A stretch of 63,166 nt of DNA, counting the filler, from Rhabdomonas costata (Eukaryota), in the NCBI GenBank assembly GCA_019059605.1. It is 55 parts of 55 records of this genome, joined end to end, with 100 filler letters (N's around TTAATTAATTAA, not from the genome) between each part and the next. Parts side by side here need not be neighbours in the genome. Positions count along the whole stretch, not along the records: positions 12,657 to 13,706 come from JAHMHO010031360.1; positions 13,807 to 14,856 come from JAHMHO010031361.1; positions 14,957 to 16,006 come from JAHMHO010031362.1; positions 16,107 to 17,155 come from JAHMHO010031363.1; positions 17,256 to 18,305 come from JAHMHO010031364.1; positions 18,406 to 19,455 come from JAHMHO010031365.1; positions 19,556 to 20,605 come from JAHMHO010031366.1; positions 20,706 to 21,755 come from JAHMHO010031367.1; 47 more parts are not named here. One strand, written 5' to 3'. The notes under the pieces were generated by a model. It ran no database searches. It was not told where the DNA came from and saw nothing but the letters and a program-made list of their open reading frames with translations. The position numbers were made by a program, and so were the translations under genes. This document shows, piece by piece, positions 13,606-25,723 of this stretch. Every line of letters begins with the position of its first letter. Positions within the stretch are counted from its first letter, which is position 1.

Positions 13606-14657
13606 TGCTTTCCCGGTGTTTATGAGAAAGGCTGTGCGGACCGAGGAACGGAGAGATGAAAGGTTTGGTGACGTTTCATCTCTCCGTTCCTCGGTCCACA
13701 CCCCCCNNNNNNNNNNNNNNNNNNNNNNNNNNNNNNNNNNNNNNNNNNNNTTAATTAATTAANNNNNNNNNNNNNNNNNNNNNNNNNNNNNNNNNNNNNN
13801 NNNNNNGGTGTGGGTGTACATTTGCATGAAATGTTTTATTTTCCAGAAGTAGGGTGGCCGGGATTTGCACAGTGAACCACCGCGTGCAGGGCACCGTGGG
13901 GAAGGCACAGCTCGTGCAAAGGCTCACCGACCCACCTACTTCTGGAAAATAAAACATTTCATGCAAATGTACACTCACACTCATACGCACTTTATACGCA
14001 CTCATATGGACTCAAATCTATGTTTTCAAAGAGGGAAAGTGAGAGGGATGCGAAAGATGGAAACGGGTGCTATGGCCACACCCAAAACAACAAAGAGGTG
14101 AAAGAGTTCAGAAAGGTGGTTTAAGAAACGTGGAAACTGGAAAGCTTGGAGCAGCATGTGGGTTGGGGTAATCAGCGTAGCAGCATCACACCTCCCCGGG
14201 TGACCTACGGGAAGCTGGTCTTTTATCAACCCGGTCTCTTATCTGGTCTCTGGTATCAACCCGACCTGAGACCGTCATACCTCAAGAAGCATCCCCTCCT
14301 CTCTCTAAGTGGTGTGCACCCCCAGTGCCGAATACCTTCCACATTCACAGCCGTCCCCTCTGCGCCGACGACGTACACGGCAAGGGTGTGTGTCACCCCC
14401 AGGTCGCACACAAACAGCGTGGCCGCGGTGTCGACCTAAGTGGTGGCACCCCAAGGACATGAAAATCTCGAATACCATCACGGAAGACCCGGCTAACGGC
14501 CAACTCTCCCGATCCGCAGGAGATTACCCGAATTCGCAGTAGTGGCATCCTCACCGAGATGATATGACAGTCAGCCGGACTTGCCTCTGCCACCATACCA
14601 CTCCTGAACTCAACAGCTTTCATTGGAAAACAATCCCGTTCCCAAGCTAAAGCAGAC

Positions 14658-14762
14658 CTGAGTGCCGTTCGAATCCATCCGTTTCACAACCAGCACGCCG
14701 GTCGCGAAGGTCATGTTGGAGGGCAGAACAATGCTCACATTCGCTGCAGCGGTGGGATCAAC
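14658..14762 (-). CDS. Exon of a probable secreted or surface glycoprotein
   Basis: 105-nt phase-0 exon VDPTAAANVSIVLPSNMTFATGVLVVKRMDSNGTQ with three N-x-S/T sequons. Confidence 0.5.
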
Positions 14763-15490
14763 CTGAGAATATACCAAACGGGTGAGACCCATTAAAAACC
14801 AGCTAAGAACCAGAAAACAAAAAGCGCACAAAAAAACCCAACCACCCAAAAAACCANNNNNNNNNNNNNNNNNNNNNNNNNNNNNNNNNNNNNNNNNNNN
14901 TTAATTAATTAANNNNNNNNNNNNNNNNNNNNNNNNNNNNNNNNNNNNNNNNNNNNGTTTGTTTGTGCAGGGAACAGGGGTGCCCCCGTTCAACGAGGTT
15001 TCCAAATGAGACACCACGGATGTGTGGCGTTTGGCATCTGCGTGTTTTTTCCCCTTTTCGGGAGATTTTAATGGTGGGTGGTGTCCTTCATTGGGCGTGG
15101 TATGCACCGGGTGAGTTGTTTCCCTTTCTTGTTTCGTTGGGCATTCTGAATATGTTTGATATCATGCCGCGTTTTTTGCGGTGCTTCACGTGCCTCGGGT
15201 TTCTTGTCACAAACACGCACGGCGAATTTTTTCAACCGCCGGGATTACCTGGTGGCCCCCAACAGATCAGTCCAAGTGCAGGTGCAGGCCCCGAGGCCGG
15301 CGGACGGCTTGCGGCTAATTGGGTGATGGAAGATCTCAGAACATCCAAGCGAGGAAATAAAAATAGTTTTGCTTTGTTCATAATGTAATCAGGAAGTTCA
15401 ACCGTCATTTTTTCGCCGCATTAAGAAAATACCGAAAGTGGTCGACCAGCTTTGAAGTTGTGAAATTTCGAATTAGTTCCTGCTAATTTC

Positions 15491-15901
15491 GGTCCGGTCT
15501 GTTTGGGGGAGGGCGTTATATGGTATAACACTATTATTCGGTCATGGGGCATGGGGCGGTGTATGAAAAAAGCTATTTTTGGTCATTCCGTTATCTTTCA
15601 CGTTGGTCAGTGTTGGAGGTAGGAACTCATTCCTTGCTGGGCTTTGGCCACCAAAAGGTATTCGATTAGTTTAGGGGCGAAGGCGCGGAAGCCACCCCGC
15701 GGGACGGCCGGAGCGGGCTGCTGAGGCGGGGACTTTCCCTTGGGGTACATTTCAATTGCTCGTGGCGATACACCTCAAACCGAACCATGTACTCGTGTCT
15801 AGGTGGGCCGGTGCCCCGGGATTTAGTTTCGTCTCGTCCCTCGTCGTATAACGGCGTTATACCGTTTGATGCTCCCCCTTCACCCCAAAATAGACCGGAC
15901 C
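15491..15901. mobile_element. Candidate MITE-like element (family C) with degenerate terminal inverted repeats
   Basis: GGTCCGGTCT (15491-15500) and AGACCGGACC (15892-15901) plus inner GGTATAAC/GTTATACC; the right arm also matches positions ~18-80. Confidence 0.45.
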
Positions 15902-17770
15902 CGTTAATTTTTCCATAGTTCAAGCGATCTTATTGCATCTGTATGCACACACACTCTCGTGCGCTTTTGCAAATACTTCATCCGTGCATGTATTCTCATG
16001 CACAGTNNNNNNNNNNNNNNNNNNNNNNNNNNNNNNNNNNNNNNNNNNNNTTAATTAATTAANNNNNNNNNNNNNNNNNNNNNNNNNNNNNNNNNNNNNN
16101 NNNNNNGTGTTGGGTGTGGTTGGTGTTTTTTTGCACTGTTTCCACCTTTGCCAATATGGTGCTGTGTGGGCGGGTGGAGTCAGATCATGAGTTGATTTTT
16201 TTCGAAGAAGAGAAAAAACGGACTTTAATCAACCTCTTTGCCTTAGCACTAGCCCTTCTCTTTGCTCTTTCAACCACTTCAACTTGTTCCCAATGAGACA
16301 GTTGCGAAGGAGCAGTGTTAGGTGGAGGAAGTGCTGCAATCTGCTAATCTTATCTTGCCTGCATTCCCAACTGTTCGGAGGCGGTTCAGCACTAGTCAAC
16401 TGATTTGCAAACAGGGAAAAATCGCAAAAAGAAAATAGTGAAAAGAATTCGGGTAAAAATTCTGAAAGAGGAAAAGGGCAACCTCACGCGATGTCTAAGC
16501 GAAGGGCGGAAAACCCGCGCAGTTACATTCCTTCAAAGAGTTTTGCCCGATGTGTTTTTGTTCAGTTTCTGATTACCCCGACTTGTTTTCTCGACCTTTA
16601 GATTCCCGTGACAGAAGCCGTACCCTCTATGCTGTTTTTTGGGAACTGCAGCCACCCTGCCGGATTTCACCATAGCACGGGCCGGTTTACGACCACCACC
16701 ACAGGTGCTTACTTTCCCACTCATCATCTCTCGCTCTCGTCCTGGGTATGTTTGCGTATGTGTGTCAGTGAGGCGCTTGACTTCAGACCGTCATCGCCTC
16801 CGATTATCAAAAGTGCAACCACGGCTGCGGTGCGGGCTATTTCATCATGTTTTTTCGGATTCATATTCGGTGTCTGGGAGCCCTCAGCTAACCTTCCCCC
16901 TTCCTCTCTCTCTCTGGCCCCGCTGTCCGTCTCCCTCCGCTGGCCCTTTTTCCCGGGGACGTCAAAACTGTCGCTTTTTATCAATTCAGTTTCTTTGAAG
17001 CTTCAGCCTGATAGGTTGTCCGAAGTTGAAGGCAGTGCATCCAACAAGATACAATGACGAAAAGCCCAGCGAGGTTTTCCAAAAAAAAATAGAGGTGCAT
17101 CAAACCGGCGGGGCCACGCACAAGGCGAGATCCGCACCGGGGGACCCCCCACCACNNNNNNNNNNNNNNNNNNNNNNNNNNNNNNNNNNNNNNNNNNNNT
17201 TAATTAATTAANNNNNNNNNNNNNNNNNNNNNNNNNNNNNNNNNNNNNNNNNNNNTTTGTGGCTGGGATGAATTTGCTGTATGGAACGATGTTTGAGAGC
17301 GAGACCTTATTGAAGTACCTGTTTGCAATAGGCGAAGAATCTGAGAAGCCTGAACGAGGCCATGGAAAAGGCCTGGGAGCATTTCCGCAAGCCGAGACCT
17401 TCTCCCCAGGTAATCGTTTCTGTAGCAAAGGGTGCAATTCAGAGAAGCACAGCGAAGGATGGCACGGCAATGGTATTAGACGCCGTACGATACTGGTCAC
17501 CACGTTTTCGGGGAGTACGGCATTCCTGACGTCTGGAGAGCGGAGTGCAGACGGTGCCACATCCACAGCTTCAAGAGTGGTGTCAGATGTGAGCATGTTG
17601 CGGAGGAATTCAAATCTTTTTGAGATGTAGGCGTCTTTTACACTAGCCGCAACAGTGCCAGCTAGTTCAGTGATGCTTTCCAACCCACCACTTCATCAGT
17701 TCAACGTGGCGCGCACCACATCTCCAGAAAGAAGGCCGAATCAAGGCAGAGGAATGTCTGTGTTTCGAGA

Positions 17771-18103
17771 TTGTGGTTGCATGGGAAGAGAACGTGGTTA
17801 TTACAGATCACCGTCACCATCCCAAGTGGAAGGCCCAGAATTCCCTCGTTCCCTAGGAGAGACGATTCCCCGACTCGACCGTCGAGCCAAACTTTACAGG
17901 GGACTAAGAGTAGTCAGCAGTCGCCATTTGTAAGGTCAAGTTTGGAAGACGCGAAACCGTCGGTCCCATCCAGAGTCTGTTTGTATTGCGGAAGTTCTAA
18001 TCATTTCTACAGAGACTGCGAGTTGGCTAAGGCAGACGTGGTCCAGAGCAGTGTGCCTAAGTGGACGGGAGATTTTCAAAAGAGTGTGGATCAGTCAAAC
18101 TAG
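17771..18103 (+). pseudogene. Degenerate retroelement gag-like region with a CCHC zinc knuckle
   Basis: CLYCGSSNHFYRDC (17978-18019) fits CX2CX4HX4C; flanking frames are interrupted and lack host-type codon bias. Confidence 0.5.
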
Positions 18104-18589
18104 ATGGGGCAGGAGACAGGGCCACTCACGCCACACCCAAGAGGCCCGCTTCAGCCACAGTGAGGACAAAAGCCAGCGCAAGTAACGTGCAAGATCGGCA
18201 AAGTGTTTCAAATACCGTTCCGCTAAGAGTCTTGAAGAGACCGTCAGAGCCCGTGAACAGCATGAGACGAGCTCGTCAGGAAAATCCACGAAATCCCACA
18301 CCACCNNNNNNNNNNNNNNNNNNNNNNNNNNNNNNNNNNNNNNNNNNNNTTAATTAATTAANNNNNNNNNNNNNNNNNNNNNNNNNNNNNNNNNNNNNNN
18401 NNNNNTGAAAATCCTGTGCTTTGAATTTAATCGCGTGGTCCTGTTGGGACGTCTAGGGCGCGATTTGGTAAGTTGCATGGATGCCTTTGGGTTTTTGGGT
18501 CCTTCTTCGCGGTCATTCCTATTATCAACAGAAGAGGTAAGTCAAGAATTCCTTAAAAACATGCAATATGTGATTTGCTGTGTGCGCAG

Positions 18590-19410
18590 GCCTGTCTTGC
18601 GAAGTGCGTGGACTTTGACACGGGCGCCATCTTGTGCCCAGTGAAGGTGCTCCAGTTCCCCCGCTCCCTCTCGTCCAATTTTGTGCACTTTTTTGATGGT
18701 CATTCGGTCATCTTCTGTGCCCCCACGCTAACTCATTCACGCGTTCTTTCCCTTGCACCTATTCTGCGGCTATTGGCAGATTGCTTAGTCTGTGTCCATC
18801 GGTGAGCTCTGTCGTCTACTTTCGCTCTCTGAACTCTCCACTCTTCTTCACCCTTCCATCCTTCTACCATTCTTGCATTTTTGCTGCTACTTTGTTCCGA
18901 ACTTCTGTTCACTGGCTCTGAGAATAGTTGACTGAAACCGTAAATATTGTTTGATCATCGTTGGGGTGGAGCTTCTTACCTTTCATACTCTATTTCATGT
19001 GCAGAGACGCACCAACAGAAGGCCTCACCCATGAAGCGATAATCACTCCAGCACAAAGGGACTTTGTTTTTAGGTCGTAAGGGTCCGACGTCCAGGTTTC
19101 CATTGGAAAGCTCTCCTCTCGATTTTACCCCTCCTTCAAACTCTGGCTTCTCGCTCCCTCGCTCTCCTTTCGCTCTCCTTTTCAGTGCGCCCTGCAGACC
19201 GCGGTGCTGCTGGAGGCCTCTGGCAATGTCCCCGCAAGCCCGCCGCTGAACTACGCCCTGCTGCAGATGCTCAGCGCCAGCCCGTCGGGGGATGACGCCA
19301 CTGGAGCCACCTCCCCCGAGGACCAGGGGTTCGGCTTCTTGGCGGACGCCATGCAGCACCCCCCACAGGATCCTAACTGGACCTCCGGGCGGGCCGGGGA
19401 CAACCAGGAG
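18590..19410 (+). CDS. RING-finger-like protein; exons 18590-18646 and 19186-19410
   Basis: Spliced ACLAKCVDFDTGAILCPVK|CALQT...PPLNYALLQML matches a RING C-terminus followed by the NYAL motif; phase-0 GT-AG intron. Confidence 0.6.
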
Positions 19411-19988
19411 GTGGCTTTGCGCGCCCCACCACCAACAACAACGACGTGCATACCTNNNNNNNNNNNNNNNNNNNNNNNNNNNNNNNNNNNNNNNNNNNNT
19501 TAATTAATTAANNNNNNNNNNNNNNNNNNNNNNNNNNNNNNNNNNNNNNNNNNNNGGGGTGTTGGGAAAGGTGTGAATGCGCGTGTCTGCAGAGAGCGAG
19601 TCCTCTCTTCTCTCTCCTCTCGGGCCTTGTTGGAAGAGAGAAGAAGGACAGCTGAAAACGCGAGCAGCCCGTTACACATCTGTTGCACGTCCATAGAAGG
19701 GAAATTCATCGATAGCAAGACTTCCTTTTCGGGTGAAGTGAACACATAAAACACTCAATCAAACGCAACAACAAATTTCCTCAACAGCAATTTCCGAGAA
19801 AAAGGCCACCTGTACAGGAAAGCATTCCTTCTGGGGTTGGGCTCAGCAGCCAGAAAAGAAAAAGAAGAAGAAGACAAGAAGTATGATATGGTGAAGGACA
19901 GAAGGAGCCTACCGAGGGGCACATACTCACTGTGCCCAGGACACACACATCGAAGCGGACACACACACACACACACACAAGAACGTGC

Positions 19989-20311
19989 CTTGCTGCCGCA
20001 GCCCATGGAACACTGCCTCAGGACCGGCCGAGGGCCCAGCCGGGCCGTACACCTCGATGTCACCCCCCACACTGTTGGCGCGGTAGAACGCCAACACGCC
20101 GTGGGCCTGCAGGGCCTTCGTCCCCACAATCTTCCGCAACATCTCCGTGGCCTCGGTATACAGCTTGCGGGCCTCCCCGCCCACGGTGTCGTCATTGAAC
20201 AGCTTCGGGAACCCCCGATTGGGGTACTTCCCGCGCAGTTGCCACACCGCGAAGAAGGGGTTCCAGTCAATCTTTGGCACGAGTTTCTCCAGAGGGTAGT
20301 TCAGGAAAACC
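19989..20311 (-). CDS. MTR: Cobalamin-dependent methionine synthase, activation-domain exon
   Basis: LVPKIDWNPFFAVWQLRGKYPNRGFPKLFNDDTVGGEARKLY...ANSVGGDIEVY...FHGLRQQ. Confidence 0.93.
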
Positions 20312-20707
20312 CTACACAGCAGTGGCCGTGCACCTCGAACCATTTGCTGTGACTCAGACTAGGGGGAAAACCATCTCTCTCCTGGTTGGACTGGGTTGGG
20401 TACTCTAAGGATGGGTGTGAGCGAGATTCAAGTTCGTCAAAATCATGAAGTGGTCGTCCCATAAAGAGCTTTGCTCGCAAAACGTAATTAACTGCCTCAG
20501 ATGTATTTCATTGGATACGTATCACTAAGGCACCAAGACAGCGACTGGGGGCGAGAGTAAAGAGTAATCTTGCAACCACAGCTATCCTCCCTATTAACCC
20601 CCACCNNNNNNNNNNNNNNNNNNNNNNNNNNNNNNNNNNNNNNNNNNNNTTAATTAATTAANNNNNNNNNNNNNNNNNNNNNNNNNNNNNNNNNNNNNNN
20701 NNNNNGG

Positions 20708-21520
20708 TTGTTGGGGTACCTGAGTGTGGGGCTGTCCTTCCCGTTTCTGCTCACCAGGCTCTCACCGGGGCTCGAGAGCACGGTCTTCGGTGAGGAAGCC
20801 TACCCAGCCGTGCAGCTGGTGTACCTGGTGACGTTCATTGTCATCTTTCAGATAGGATGGGCCGCGACGCAGGTTCAGCAGATCTGTGCTTTTTTTCTTT
20901 ACTGTGTTTTTTCCCGAGCTTCAGGGTTTCGACCGGAGGACAGCCACAGGGTGCTGTGTGGACGCTGTGTCGAAAGTGGGATCGATCAGGACCGTGCCCA
21001 AGATTGAGCTGACAATTCTCCATCTAAGGAAGGATAGTTTTCAGAGCTGTACCTTTTTCTATTTGTTAAGGTGGCATGCGTCTGCGTGCGCAGGGGGTTG
21101 GATGGGAATGTGTGGTTTGTGCGATCCCAGGTCAGTCATATGGCGCTGCTGAACGAGTTGACAGAAGACGCAGCACAGCAAGTGCTGCTCACCAGTGCTC
21201 GTTTCGCGTTCACTGTGCTGTCCAACCTCACGATGTTTGTGCTGTGCGGAGCTCTCCTGGCGAGAATGTCCTCCAGCGGCAGTGCAGACGCCTCGTCGTC
21301 GTCCTCCTCTTCCTCCTCCTCCTCCTCTTCCTCCCATCCGACCACGATTTCGGGATCTCAGCAAATATCTCCCGAAGACTCGGATGTTTTCCGCACGCTA
21401 GGGCTTGTTGCTGTTGCTGTTGGGTGGTGTGCCGGGGCCTTCACATTATGTTTTGTGAAGGAGAACCGGGGCCAGCCTTCAAACGCAGATCTGTCGCAGG
21501 ACGGCATCAAAAATCATAAG
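20708..21520 (+). CDS. MFSD12: MFS transporter, MFSD12-like; exons ~20708-20872 and 21131-21520
   Basis: IFQIGWAATQ|VSHMALLNELT...LTSARFAFTVLSNLT matches MFSD12 motifs; poly-Ser loop; probable GC donor at 21521. Confidence 0.8.
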
Positions 21521-23179
21521 GCGAGTGCACCTGAAAGGAAGCTTGCTGCTCGGTTGGGGGCTTCGGATGGTTCTTGCCCTTCTCCCTCTCTTCTGCACAC
21601 ACCCTCACAACAGTGGCCCATCATTGTCAGTCCCAATCTGAGAGCGATCCGCTCAATTGCAAGTCAGCTTCGCTGGCCCTCAGATTTGGACTGACAATGA
21701 TGGGCCACTGTTGTGAGGGTGTGTGCAGAAGAGAGGGAGAAGGGCAAGAACCAACNNNNNNNNNNNNNNNNNNNNNNNNNNNNNNNNNNNNNNNNNNNNT
21801 TAATTAATTAANNNNNNNNNNNNNNNNNNNNNNNNNNNNNNNNNNNNNNNNNNNNGTGGTGGGTGGAAGCGTTCGACATTTTCTCATGCACTTGTGCCAA
21901 GTTGCTTTCATTTGATTGATGTTTCCCGACAAGAAGGGCTCTGTGAAATGGTAAAAGAGAAAGTTGATGGAAAGCTTTTTTATGTGCGTGGTTGAGTAGC
22001 GGACGCCATTCATGAATAGCGAACGCTACTCACGGCGTAAATTGCGCCGCTGCGCAAAAGCGAATGGCGGGGGGGGGGGCGAAAGAATCCATAGCCACTT
22101 CCCGTTACCTTCCCAAACGTCGCACGTCGTCGGACTGCATGAGCTCACGATGGAGCAGGTTTATGGGTATTTGCGGTACTTGTGGGGTGTTTGCGTGCAG
22201 CTACTGCTAATGAACCTGCACGACGACTTTGAAAATGCCCGGACATGGCAGAAGAAGCTGGAGGAGCTCGAGGCGGGCTCTGTCCAGGCCCTGGCAGGTT
22301 CCTTCACGTCACCCCTCACCCCATTTATGTTTGATGAATCCAAGAGACATATGCTCGACACCTTTGGTTCATTGGTTGGCGCGTTGGTCTTTCGTCACTC
22401 TGCAAGGTCCTTTAAAGAGCATATGCTTTCATGCACCGACTGCTGCACCCGTTGCACCAGCGGTGCATCAACCACACTGCCTTTGCTTTTGACGTTGTCG
22501 ATGTCTGAACTGCACTAACGCATACACACAACCAACACCGCAAAATAGGAAAGGATGACTGCGAACAAAATCCACTCTCAAGGAGGGGCGGGTGGCGAGA
22601 AGAGGTGCCATGGGCAAATCCGGACTCTCAAGAACGCACACATACACTGGAACCCGGACCAGGAGGGGACGCGCAAACTGGGACCTACCACACGGAGGCG
22701 ATGGGCACATACTGGGACACCGCCCCATGTTAGGCGCCGAGCTTAGATGGCCCTGCTCGTTCCCGCCTACTGCGGCCGCCTCCTGCTAATGCTAACCCAC
22801 TCACATCATGTTTTTCACCCTAAGCGGGCTAGTCCTTTGCTTTTGCTTCTCACCTTTTTTTTGTGCTAGTCTCACCCCAGAACCCCAACAATCAAAACCA
22901 CANNNNNNNNNNNNNNNNNNNNNNNNNNNNNNNNNNNNNNNNNNNNTTAATTAATTAANNNNNNNNNNNNNNNNNNNNNNNNNNNNNNNNNNNNNNNNNN
23001 NNTAGGTTGGAAATTTGAAGATCATGGAACGATTCTGTTGGGTGTATTTTATTGAGTTGCGGTGGTTGTGCACTTCAGTTTTTGTGGTTGATGCTTGGGA
23101 TCATCAGCGAGGGCCAAGCTTGATCTTTGGAGGGGCAGTCTTGACTTGCATCTTTTCCATCACTTTCTTCTCTGCACAG

Positions 23180-23651
23180 AATCCTCCAAGGTGCAAGTCA
23201 GGCCCTACGAGAGCATTACTGCGGCGCTGGCAGAAGAGCCTTTGGTCGGCGTCTTTTTTTTGACTTCTTCATGGGTTCTGGCTGCTGGTCCGCTGGGCAG
23301 TCTAGATTGCTTGCGCCTTTTCATTTTTCAAAGGCCAACATTGTTAGGTCGCCGAATTTGAGGGGACCCTTTGAGGGGGAGTGACGTCGAGTGTTGGTGT
23401 GAACGGAATAGCTGAGACGACAAGGCGGTACACGATAGAGCAGGTCGGGACAGGGCGGGCAGCGCAGGGCAGAGCGTCGATTTTGTCCGTGGTGTACTTT
23501 TGACTTGTCTCGTGTACCCGATTAACTGGACATTAAGCAACTCACGTCGACGGGATGGTTCTGCAAAAAAAAAAAGGAAGACATCGTGGTGGGATACGAC
23601 CCCGACCAGTGCAGCGTGAAGCTTCTTGAGATCCTGAAGGCCAATCCCAAG
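23180..23651 (+). CDS. Probable Xaa-Pro aminopeptidase N-domain; exons 23180-23244 and 23577-23651
   Basis: KVQVRPYESITAALAEEPL|EDIVVGYDPDQCSVKLLEILK; phase-consistent GT-AG intron; family assignment by motif resemblance only. Confidence 0.45.
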
Positions 23652-24289
23652 GTTTGGGTGCTTTCGCTCACCCTGTTTGCGGACTTTGACTTTCCTAGGC
23701 TCAAAAGTTGACGCAACCGATGACGGACTCTGGATTGGATCGCTGCGGTGTTTCATCCAAATTTTGTGTTGATTCTGTCCGCTATATTGCTGTGAAGGAG
23801 CCACTGGGCCATTGATTCTGACCTACTGCTGTTTCATCGCACCTTGGACCACACACACGCATTGAGGGTCGCTTCTGAAATCGATGGCTAGATGGGGGCT
23901 ACTGGGCCTAGAAACCCATAAGGCCAACCTGTATAGGCCGGCTACTTGTCTACTCACCAATAGCTGGTCGTTGAGTAACCCCCCCCCTACCAGCCCTTGG
24001 CACACAAACACAGAACAAGGCCCGCAAACGCGGACGATTGCACACCAAAACANNNNNNNNNNNNNNNNNNNNNNNNNNNNNNNNNNNNNNNNNNNNTTAA
24101 TTAATTAANNNNNNNNNNNNNNNNNNNNNNNNNNNNNNNNNNNNNNNNNNNNGTTTTTTTAAAATTTCGATGTTAAGGGAGTCGTGAGATTCCCCGAGCC
24201 CGAAACCAAGGAATGTTTTCAGGCTCGGGGAATCTCACGACTCCCGTAACATCGAAATTTTAACAAAAACAATCCTTCTTCGCAACCAG

Positions 24290-25195
24290 GTTCAACATGC
24301 GGTGAGGTTTGCCTTGATCACTGACGTGCATCTGGGCTCTCGGTCCGAGTGGTGGGCTCGAGCGATCGCCCGCGAGCTGCGGCAACTCAAGCCCAACTTT
24401 GTCGTCTCCACGGGGGACCTCTTTGACACGGAGGTGCCAGTGAGGTACTTTGAGCCCCTCTGCCAGCTCGGGATGCCGTTCTATTGCGTGTTGGGGAACC
24501 ACGAGTTGTATCTTGGGGAGGACCATGCCGTGGGTCTGGTCCGGAGCCTGCCCAATTTTGTCCTTCTCAGGAATGAGGTCAAGGAGGTGTCTGGGCTCCG
24601 GCTGATCGGCATCGAGGACCGGGAGCGGGAGCGTGACTTTGTGGAGCAGTTTCACAGGGTCACGGAACAGTCAATTGGTTGGGTTTAACAGACCCCCCTC
24701 CTCTCTCCCGTCTAATTGTCCGTCTACTTCCGACGTAGCGGGAACCGACGTCCAGAGTTTCCGAACCGTCCAGTTACCTGATTTTTTGCAGTGATGTGGT
24801 CCGGGCTTCTGTGGATATGCACGAAAATGTGAAGGCTTATGCGGGGTGATCGGGCGATGGATTGATACGAATGAATAGGTTAGAGGTTTGAAGGTAGGGG
24901 AGGGTGGCTATGTCTGGGGACCCAGCCACTGGGGACGATGCTTGAGGAAACTCCCTGCTCTGCGCCGTTCACGGTGCTGTTGTACCACCGGCCCCACGGC
25001 TTCGAGGCGGTGGCGCGCTCTGCGGTGGCTGACCTCATGCTCTCTGGTCACACCCACGGCGGACACGTCCCGACCTTCGCCCCTGCGGTCAAGGCGGTGT
25101 TCCCCAGGATGACCGGGCTGTGGAAGCTGCCGATGGGCCGAGGTGGTAGCAGCGGGGAGAGCCCGTCCGAGGCGCAGACCTGCAGCGGAAGCCCA
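24290..25195 (+). CDS. Calcineurin-like metallophosphoesterase (YkuE-type); exons 24290-~24663 and ~24937-contig end
   Basis: All five motifs present: DVH, GDLFD, GNHE, H(RP), GHTHGG. Confidence 0.9.
24664..24936 (+). other. Intron with base-paired ends; candidate euglenid nonconventional intron
   Basis: In-frame TAA at 24686 forces splicing; ends are complementary; Y|R..CAG and CTG..Y|R borders; no pyrimidine tract. Confidence 0.6.
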
Positions 25196-25454
25196 ACCAA
25201 CANNNNNNNNNNNNNNNNNNNNNNNNNNNNNNNNNNNNNNNNNNNNTTAATTAATTAANNNNNNNNNNNNNNNNNNNNNNNNNNNNNNNNNNNNNNNNNN
25301 NNCTTTGCGAATACTGCGAGCGCCGGATTTTTCAAGTTCGTGCGATTTCTTCTTGATATCGTGTTATCAGGTATCCTTGTTCTCTTCTTCCATTCTATCC
25401 GGGAGGGAGCCACGGTGCTTCATCTGCCCGCAGTCCTTCCCTCGTGTCGTGCAG

Positions 25455-25723
25455 ATGCCTATCGATGCTGAGCCGCTGTACACAACAGACTACCAGGTCA
25501 GCCCGCAGGTGCTCGACTGGGCACAGGGTGAGGTTGACGACTTCCTGTACCCTCAGAACTGGGAGCTCTCCAAGGAGAAGGATGGCAAGTCGATGTGGCG
25601 CAAGCGCTTCCCCAAGGAGGTCACTGCCTACGAGAGTACCTCCACCCGCAACGCGGCGTACTGGAAGTTCTCCGCGGTGATCCCGGGCGCGGATGTGGAT
25701 GACCTATATGACCTGATGCACCG
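25455..25723 (+). CDS. START/SRPBCC-like lipid-binding protein, first coding exon
   Basis: NWELSKEKDGKSMWRK...WKFSAVIPGADVDDLYDLM then |GTAAGC. Confidence 0.65.
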
